DNA of 64,000 bases, taken from positions 2,624,001-2,688,000 of the forward strand of contig CAWDEM010000008.1 in the NCBI GenBank assembly GCA_963801355.1, read 5' to 3'. Origin of the DNA: Ignavibacteriota bacterium (GTDB lineage Bacteria; Bacteroidota; Ignavibacteria; UBA10030; UBA6906). The notes beneath the pieces were generated by a model, which was not told the DNA's origin, did no database searches, and saw only the letters and a list, made by a program, of their open reading frames with translations. The position numbers were made by a program, and so were the translations under genes. Every line of letters begins with the position of its first letter. Position 1 is the first letter of the stretch. This document shows positions 57,279 to 64,000 of this stretch, in pieces.

Positions 57279-57468
57279 GAGAAGAACATCTCCGGGAGGA
57301 TGAGAAGGCAAAGCGCAAGCACTCACCGTAAAATGTACCGAATGGCATGGCGACAATCAAGGTGACGCCAGTTGAGAAGGAACGCGTTGACAAGGACCGA
57401 GCTGTTGACAATGTACACGCGCGTGCGTAGTTTACGCGAAGTATTCATCCTCATTTCCGGGAGACTGT

Positions 57469-58710
57469 ATGCGCACGCTCATCATGCTGATCATAATACT
57501 CTGTGCCGCTTCATCGGGGGCCCCCGGCGGTTCGCCGACTGTCAAAACCGGCATCGAAGTACTCCGTGACCGGAATTTTGATTTGCTCAAGGGTAAGCGA
57601 GTAGGCCTGATCACCAATCCCACCGGAGTCGATGCAACACTCCGCTCAACAATTGACATTTTGCACGATGCCCCCGGTGTGAAGCTCGTCGCGTTGTTTG
57701 GCCCGGAGCATGGTGTCCGTGGTGATTTTGCCGCCGGGGACAGGGTCGACACGTACACCGATGCGCGGACAGGCATTCCCGTGTATTCACTTTACGGCGC
57801 AACCCGCAAGCCTACGCCCGCAATGCTGAAGGATATTGACATCCTCGTATACGACATCCAGGATATCGGCTGCCGCTCCTACACCTATATCAGCACGATG
57901 GGCAATGCGATGGAAGCCGCCGCCGAACAAAAAATCCCTTTCCTGGTTCTTGACCGCCCGGATCCTCTGGGAGGACTGCGCGTGGAAGGGAGTCTGGTGG
58001 AGCCGGGGTGGGAATCATTCGTGGGTCAGTTTGCCATTCCCTATGTCTACGGGCTGACATGCGGCGAGCTGGCGCAGATGCTTAATAGCGAAGGCATGCT
58101 CGCAGGCGGCGTGCGGTGTTCACTACAGGTCGTACCCATGAAAGGCTGGAAACGGTCGATGTCGTTCGAGCAAACGGGATTGCAGTGGGTGCCCGCATCC
58201 CCGCATGTTCCTCACGCGAGTTCCGCACTGCACTACGTGAGCACCGGCGTGCTGGGGGAGCTTGGTGTAATCTCAGAGGGAGTGGGGTATACGTTGCCGT
58301 TCGAAGTCTTTGCGGCCGAATGGATTGACCCGGAACAGATGGCCGAACGCATGAACGGACTGCATATGGCCGGCGTAATATTCCGTCCCATAACATTCAA
58401 GCCATTCTACGGCAAGTCCACAGGGAAAGCGCTCCACGGCGTGCAGATCCACTTCACGGATGAACAGAAGGTGGATCTGCTCGGCATGCAGTTCCGCTTT
58501 CTCCAGGTGCATCAGGAACTCTATCCGGACAAAAATCCCTTTCAACTCGCGGATGCGTCCCGTATCAGGATGTTCGACAAGGTCATGGGATCGGACAAAG
58601 TGCGGAAGGCGTTCAGCGCGAAAATGCTGTATGCGGATATCTGGGAAACCTTCATGCAGGAAGCGGCGGCGTTCAGAACGCGCTCTCTGAAATATCACCT
58701 GTACCAGTGA
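57469..58710 (+). CDS. namZ: Exo-beta-N-acetylmuramidase NamZ (DUF1343, GH171)
   Basis: GLITNPTG, LFGPEHG, SLYG, YDIQDIG.RSYTY and LDRP.P; signal peptide. Confidence 0.93.
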   Translation: MRTLIMLIIILCAASSGAPGGSPTVKTGIEVLRDRNFDLLKGKRVGLITNPTGVDATLRSTIDILHDAPGVKLVALFGPEHGVRGDFAAGDRVDTYTDARTGIPVYSLYGATRKPTPAMLKDIDILVYDIQDIGCRSYTYISTMGNAMEAAAEQKIPFLVLDRPDPLGGLRVEGSLVEPGWESFVGQFAIPYVYGLTCGELAQMLNSEGMLAGGVRCSLQVVPMKGWKRSMSFEQTGLQWVPASPHVPHASSALHYVSTGVLGELGVISEGVGYTLPFEVFAAEWIDPEQMAERMNGLHMAGVIFRPITFKPFYGKSTGKALHGVQIHFTDEQKVDLLGMQFRFLQVHQELYPDKNPFQLADASRIRMFDKVMGSDKVRKAFSAKMLYADIWETFMQEAAAFRTRSLKYHLYQ

Positions 58711-59723
58711 TCTGCAGAACGCGCGAGTTCCTCAAACTCCCGTTTCCCCAACGCGATTTCCTGAAACATGCCGGCGATCTGTTCACGCGTCAGGCGCTGG
58801 AAATCCCGTTCCAGCGGCGTAATGCACACACCCCCGAGGTCAACTGCGGCCGGGCTGATGAGGATCTTTTCATCCCCCTCAGCGAAGAAAAACGATGGAC
58901 GGTGCTTCGCACGTGGAAACACAAGCACCCTCCATCCCTGCTCATACGAAGCCAGGATGTTGAGCATCGGCTCTTCCTTCTCTGGAAGGATGTTCGAGAG
59001 CCGGGAGAGGAGACCCGCAAACTCCCGCTCGAGAATCGGCCACGATGAGGATTCCAGAGCGATGAAGCGTCTGAGACATCCATCCACCGCCATGACACGA
59101 CAACCATCCGACTCCTTCAGTACCCGCCCGTGCCGCCGGATGATCTCCGGATACTCGGTGTCAACGGGCATAAATCCTTTCAGCCCCGCCTGGAAGTGCA
59201 GATGATCGGGGGCCGAGGCGCCACAACGCGGACCGTTGTAAAAAAGGGTATACCTGCCTGCCATCGCTTTCGCCAGATCCAGCAGCACGTCGAATGATCC
59301 GTCGATACGTTGCGGAATATGTTCGCGATGGGGAATCGTGAAATGCTCGGGGAAGATCGGGAAGGGGTTACAAAGGATCACATAGGAATCCCCGAAGGCT
59401 ACACCGCGCTGCTCCGCTGGAAGGTGCTCAAGACAGAGAAAGCACCGCCTCTCGCGAATTGATTTTTCGTCGACTTTGGCCGCTGACGAGGTGATCCTCC
59501 CGGGGTTGAACTGTACGTTGATCACACAGCCGTCAAACCCGAAGGTGCGCGTCTGCACGGATGCCAGGCCGGCGTAACCGCTGCGGAGAAGCGGCCAGGT
59601 TTCGCGTTGCTGGCTCAGGAGCGCCGCGCTGATGGACGCGAGCGATTCTCCCGCACCGTAACTCTCCAGATCCTCTGGTGCGACGACAACCCGTGACGCG
59701 GCGTCCTGGTAAGGTGTGGTCAT
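58695..59723 (-). CDS. DUF4922 protein (HIT/GalT-like, GDP-glucose or Ap4A phosphorylase-like)
   Basis: QFNPGRI.SS, RRCFLC, LCNPFPIF..HFTI, FYNGP.CGASAPDHLHFQ, PR.KHRP and ISPA.VD.GG. Confidence 0.88.
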   Translation of the reverse strand: MTTPYQDAASRVVVAPEDLESYGAGESLASISAALLSQQRETWPLLRSGYAGLASVQTRTFGFDGCVINVQFNPGRITSSAAKVDEKSIRERRCFLCLEHLPAEQRGVAFGDSYVILCNPFPIFPEHFTIPHREHIPQRIDGSFDVLLDLAKAMAGRYTLFYNGPRCGASAPDHLHFQAGLKGFMPVDTEYPEIIRRHGRVLKESDGCRVMAVDGCLRRFIALESSSWPILEREFAGLLSRLSNILPEKEEPMLNILASYEQGWRVLVFPRAKHRPSFFFAEGDEKILISPAAVDLGGVCITPLERDFQRLTREQIAGMFQEIALGKREFEELARSADHWYR

Positions 59724-59727
59724 CACT

Positions 59728-61257
59728 TCACCGGCGTTTTTTTGGCGTGACGCGTTTCCTGGTTGTCGTCTTGCGCACCTTCGCCTTCTTGCCTCTCTTC
59801 TTTATCAGATTGATCCGGGCCATGAGTTCCAGCGTCCGGATCTTGTCCTTGTAGAAATTGAATCCGTTCAGCTTTGCGATATCCAGATCCGCATCGGAAT
59901 TTCCCTCCCACCTGCGGCAGAGATAGATCGGCTCGTAGATGCGCCCTATCTGATACTCGCGGGAGATAGCCAATCCGAGTGCATAATCTTCGCCGTAACT
60001 CACGTTCGGAATCTTGATCCGCCGCAACACGGGTGTATAAAACGCGCGCGGGGCTCCGAGGCCGTTTATGCGCAGCGCATTATTCCGCCCGTTTCTGGGT
60101 GTCCATTCCCGGTGGTCAATGATTCCCGGAGGAATCGGCTCAAGCGCAAAGTTGGTCATCTGGTAGGTTCCCACGACCATTGCACAGCGCTCCGCCCGGA
60201 ACGCTTCAACCACCCTCCGTATCGTCGTTTCGTCTTTGTACATGTCGTCACTGTCCAGCTGCACGGCATAGCGTCCGCACAGTGCATGATGCGCCGCTTC
60301 ATTCCAGCATCCTCCGATGCCCAGGTCCTCCCGGACGGGGATGATGTGCACCAGACGCTCATCGCCGCTGGCAAGAGCACGCAGGACATCGGTGGTGCCA
60401 TCCGTCGAGTGGTTATCCACCACGATCACGTTGAACGGAAAAGGCGCCTGCTGCCGCAGAGCGGAGGCAACCGCATCTCCCACCGTTTTCACACGATTGC
60501 GTACCGGGATGATGACCGACGCCTCCACGGGGAAGTTCCCCCCGTCGGGGCGTACCTTCGTGAATCTCGGTGCAAGGTATCCGCCGATGGCTTTCAGATG
60601 CACGGTCACCGCCTTTTCCATCTCGATTTGCACCTCTCGGTTCCTGGGATCGACATAGTCGAAGAGTTTCTCGCCCGATTTGCGCACATCGCCTTCAACC
60701 TTGCTGTACAGGAATTCGCCGACGCGGACGAACGGCGCTTGTTGCGTCATTGCCAGCCGCAGTGCATACCATCCGGCGAATCGGTATCGTTCACGGCCGA
60801 GATCGGCAACGGCGTTCTTCATCTTTGCCGCATCCATGAGCACCACGGAACCGAAGTTGAAGTCGTCGCGCAAACTCCCCGCCTGGTACTCGATGACCGG
60901 ATGGGGGGTGCGTTTCCCCTCTTTCATATCATAGTAGTCGGAAAACACGAGGTCCGCACCGGTCGCTTCTGCAATGTGCACAAACCGTTCAATACCGAAC
61001 TGCCCGAATTCGATTTGTGTGTCATGAAGCAGGAAGAGGCAATAGGGTGTCCTGAGGGCCGATGTCATTGCCCGCATTGTGGCAGCAGAGGTTACGGCAT
61101 CGACCTGAAGCGTCACACAGCCCTCTAAGGAAGGAATGTCGGTACCGGCAAGCAGTATGATCTGTTCAACCAATCCCGACTCCCTGAGCTGCTCCACGGT
61201 CCGCCGTGTGGCGTCATTTCCACTGTACGGAATGCAGGCGGTAATCTTGGTCTTCAT
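59728..61257 (-). CDS. Tandem-domain GT2 glycosyltransferase-like protein
   Basis: SVIIPVRNR, VVDNHSTDGT, QLDSDD, GLGAPR, SYGEDY and RRWEGNSD; AGGAGGA RBS. Confidence 0.9.
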   Translation of the reverse strand: MKTKITACIPYSGNDATRRTVEQLRESGLVEQIILLAGTDIPSLEGCVTLQVDAVTSAATMRAMTSALRTPYCLFLLHDTQIEFGQFGIERFVHIAEATGADLVFSDYYDMKEGKRTPHPVIEYQAGSLRDDFNFGSVVLMDAAKMKNAVADLGRERYRFAGWYALRLAMTQQAPFVRVGEFLYSKVEGDVRKSGEKLFDYVDPRNREVQIEMEKAVTVHLKAIGGYLAPRFTKVRPDGGNFPVEASVIIPVRNRVKTVGDAVASALRQQAPFPFNVIVVDNHSTDGTTDVLRALASGDERLVHIIPVREDLGIGGCWNEAAHHALCGRYAVQLDSDDMYKDETTIRRVVEAFRAERCAMVVGTYQMTNFALEPIPPGIIDHREWTPRNGRNNALRINGLGAPRAFYTPVLRRIKIPNVSYGEDYALGLAISREYQIGRIYEPIYLCRRWEGNSDADLDIAKLNGFNFYKDKIRTLELMARINLIKKRGKKAKVRKTTTRKRVTPKKRR

Positions 61258-61359
61258 GTCTCCTCCTCGTGATCTCATGTTTGCGGTGGCGAATCACACC
61301 CTTTTTTATTATCTTTTGCCAGTGATGTTCCCTCTTCCGTCACCCTCATAGTACTTCTC

Positions 61360-62622
61360 ATGGCCCTCAACAAAACACCTTCGCGCAATCCATGGACATT
61401 CATCCCGACGCTCTACTTCGCCGAGGGAGTTCCCTACATCCTCATCAACGCCGTATCGGTGATCTTTTACAAGAGGATGGGCGTTGACAATGCCACGCTG
61501 GCATTCTGGACCAGCTTCCTGTATCTGCCGTGGGTCCTGAAGATGCTCTGGGGGCCGATCGTTGACACACACGCGACCAAGAGAACATGGATTCTCGGCA
61601 CTCAGTTCGCTATGACCATCTGTCTCGGACTTGTCGCCGCGGCGATCCAGCTCCCCGTGTTTTTTGCCATCACGCTCATCGCCTTCTTCGCCGCCGCGTT
61701 TGTGTCCGCCACGCATGACATCGCCGCCGACGGATTCTACATGCTCGCGTTGAACAAAGACGATCAGGCCCTGTTCGTCGGCATCCGCTCAACGTTCTAC
61801 CGTTTCGCGATGATCTTCGGCCAGGGGCTCATCGTGTGGCTTGCCGGCCGCCTGGAGGTGAGCAGCGGCAACATACCCGGCAGCTGGGCCCTCTGCTTCG
61901 GATTCGCCGCCGCACTCTTCGGTATTGTGGCCGTCTATCACCGGTTCATGCTCCCGTTTCCCGCCAGCGATCGCGCAGGAAGCAAGAGCACCGAGCACCG
62001 GAGCGCGTGGGTGGACGTCTTTTCGACATATTTCAAACAGGAGAAGATCGGCATCATCATCGCCTTCATTCTCCTCTACAGGTTCGGCGAGGCCTTCCTT
62101 GTCAAAATGGCTTCCCCCTTCTTTCTCGACAGCCTTGCGAAAGGCGGTCTGGGACTCTCCACATCGGAGGTCGGCATTGTCTACGGAACAATCGGCGTGG
62201 GAAGCCTGCTCGCAGGAGGCATCCTGGGCGGCATCATCCTCAAGAAATTTGGCCTCCGCAGATGCCTCTGGCCGATGGCCATTATCATTAACCTCCCGAT
62301 GTACGTGTACATCGTACTCTCGCAAACGCAGCCTTCGGTCTATGTCGCGGCACCAATGGTTGCCCTGGAGCAATTCAGCTACGGCTTCGGCTTCACAGCG
62401 TATATGGTCTACCTCATGTTTGTCGCCCGCGGCGAGTACAAGACGTCGCACTTCGCGATCTCTACCGGCCTCATGGCTCTCGGCATGATGTTGCCCGGCC
62501 TGGTGAGCGGGTATCTGCAGAACTTCCTGGGCTACCAGCACTTTTTCATCCTGACAGCCGTCCTCGGCATCCCGGGAATCATCACGCTGTTCTTCATCCC
62601 GCTGCCGGAGGACGAGAAGTAA
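61360..62622 (+). CDS. ampG: AmpG-family muropeptide MFS transporter
   Basis: TLYFAEG.P, LPW.LK.LW.P.VD, SATHDIAADGFY and LYRFGE; peptidoglycan-recycling context. Confidence 0.85.
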   Translation: MALNKTPSRNPWTFIPTLYFAEGVPYILINAVSVIFYKRMGVDNATLAFWTSFLYLPWVLKMLWGPIVDTHATKRTWILGTQFAMTICLGLVAAAIQLPVFFAITLIAFFAAAFVSATHDIAADGFYMLALNKDDQALFVGIRSTFYRFAMIFGQGLIVWLAGRLEVSSGNIPGSWALCFGFAAALFGIVAVYHRFMLPFPASDRAGSKSTEHRSAWVDVFSTYFKQEKIGIIIAFILLYRFGEAFLVKMASPFFLDSLAKGGLGLSTSEVGIVYGTIGVGSLLAGGILGGIILKKFGLRRCLWPMAIIINLPMYVYIVLSQTQPSVYVAAPMVALEQFSYGFGFTAYMVYLMFVARGEYKTSHFAISTGLMALGMMLPGLVSGYLQNFLGYQHFFILTAVLGIPGIITLFFIPLPEDEK

Positions 62623-63121
62623 GCGCAAAACTGAGCTTCCGGTATCCGATGAGGTGGTTCACCGTCGTCTTCCCCATGGTGAACGGCGCTTCCTCCACAA
62701 ACTGGAAACCGATCTTCCTATACCAGGCAAGCGCACCGGTATTCTGGACCATCACACCAAGCCAGACTTCGTCAACACCGAATGTTCTGGCAAACTCCTC
62801 TCCCACGGCAAGGAGTTTCCCGCCGATGCCCCGCCCCTGGAAATCCGGCAGGATATAGAGCGAAGAGATATAACACCGCTTCTCGCCGCTGTTGTATTTC
62901 ACTTTAGCATAGCCTGCCGGCACGCCATCCTCAATTGCAAGGAGTCCCCGGAACGTTGACGGATCCATCAGTGCAGCCAGTGCCTCGATACTATACACCT
63001 TTTCGAAGTACCCGCGAAGGTCGTCCATCGGAATGAACGACGAGTATGTCGCCACCCAGGTTTCCCAGGTGATATGCCGCACCGCGGGAAGATCTTCCGT
63101 TGTCCACTCGCGAATAGTCAT
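62594..63121 (-). CDS. GNAT acetyltransferase (PaiA-like)
   Basis: LYILPDFQGRGIG, WLGV..N..A..WY.K.GF. Confidence 0.9.
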   Translation of the reverse strand: MTIREWTTEDLPAVRHITWETWVATYSSFIPMDDLRGYFEKVYSIEALAALMDPSTFRGLLAIEDGVPAGYAKVKYNSGEKRCYISSLYILPDFQGRGIGGKLLAVGEEFARTFGVDEVWLGVMVQNTGALAWYRKIGFQFVEEAPFTMGKTTVNHLIGYRKLSFALTSRPPAAG

Positions 63122-63172
63122 CGTAGGCGAAGCGCTCTCATCCTAGATTCCCGGCTCCCTGATCTCTCTTCG

Positions 63173-64000
63173 TTACTCCTCGCACTCATCGAGCCAATCC
63201 TCTACCCCATCCAGAATCTTCTTGGCTATTTCCTTTCGAAACTCATCATCCAGCAACCGCATCTCATCTTCCGGGTTGGACATGAATGCCAATTCTACAA
63301 GGACATTGGGAATATCCGTCGGAGAGTTGAGTATGAAATTGAAGCCCCCTACATTGCCGAAAGGTGTGAGACCGGTCTTGAGGACGCTGCTGTAAATCGC
63401 CTGCGTCAACGGCCGGAAGCATTGATGGCGGTAGTAGGTGCTGACCCCTTTGGTGGCCTCGGGATCAGTGGTATTCCCGATGGAGTTGGCATGTATGCTG
63501 ATGAGCAAATCCGCTCCTCCCGCCAGAGCCGCAGTGATACGATCCGTCATGCCGACGCTGGTATCAGTTTGCCGCGTGAGAATTATCCGTGCACCTTCAT
63601 CTTCAAACAGCCGTTTCAGGTGCAGCACCGTGGCAAGATTGATGTCTTTCTCTTTTGCACCTGTGCCGCCTATCGCCCCGTCACTTGTCCCTCCGTGTCC
63701 TGCATCCAGCGCGATCGTGAGCGACTTGAGTCGCAGACGTTCGGGCTGACGGCGCACACGCACGACGAGTGCATTGTCTCTGTAGCCGATGTCGTATCCC
63801 CAGATCTGCCGATGGCGCAGCTCAATGGTGATGCGGAATACCCCCTTTTCCACCTGACTGTACCATACGTTGCTGATTTCCTTGGTACTCAGTTGCTGCG
63901 TAATCCAGTTGGAGTTCGAGACCGCACCGTACACCTCCACCTGAATCCGCGACGGTGAGAACTCCTGCAAAGAACTATACGGCAGTCGTTCGCTCAGCGC
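63173..64000 (-). CDS. N-acetylmuramoyl-L-alanine amidase (Amidase_3); 5' end outside the window
   Basis: LDAGHGG, EKDINL, LTR, ISIHANS and VLVELAFMSN. Confidence 0.92.
   Translation of the reverse strand, partial: ALSERLPYSSLQEFSPSRIQVEVYGAVSNSNWITQQLSTKEISNVWYSQVEKGVFRITIELRHRQIWGYDIGYRDNALVVRVRRQPERLRLKSLTIALDAGHGGTSDGAIGGTGAKEKDINLATVLHLKRLFEDEGARIILTRQTDTSVGMTDRITAALAGGADLLISIHANSIGNTTDPEATKGVSTYYRHQCFRPLTQAIYSSVLKTGLTPFGNVGGFNFILNSPTDIPNVLVELAFMSNPEDEMRLLDDEFRKEIAKKILDGVEDWLDECEE

Noticed and set aside
61789-62628. 279-aa minus-strand ORF
   Set aside because: Antisense shadow of ampG.

Overview
Bacterial chromosomal DNA, GC-rich (about 60% by eye). The T9SS C-terminal domains of the QNYPNPFNP type point to the FCB group, probably an Ignavibacteria-like lineage (inference). 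The window has four parts. (1) 1-11.6 kb: a minus-strand operon resembling the anaerobic purine/urate degradation cluster (ygeW, Xdh 2Fe-2S and Mo subunits, hyuA-like, ygeY, ssnA). It carries a ThrC-like PLP enzyme where DpaL/YgeX is expected and a single-chain PreT-PreA (DPYD-order) reductase where YgfK is expected, plus an 8x10-bp intergenic repeat. (2) 11.7-38.2 kb: housekeeping and carbohydrate genes (hrpB, GH3, UroD-like, FGE-domain protein, galK, frameshifted pepF, sbcCD, cysK, GxGYxYP, MFS, archaeal-type thyA). (3) 38.3-50.8 kb: a mosaic accessory region downstream of tRNA-Phe. It is built from re-used non-coding modules (upstream box, promoter, 5' leader, terminator) carrying different cargo genes, with an 842-bp duplication, gene remnants, and an AbiE type IV TA locus with an intact antitoxin and a decayed toxin. 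(4) 50.9-64 kb: a peptidoglycan-recycling cluster (NagZ-AmiE-like fusion, MurK-like kinase, namZ, ampG, amidase) with embedded DUF4922 and GT2 genes and an Omp85 protein. All calls come from motif recognition by eye; no searches were run.
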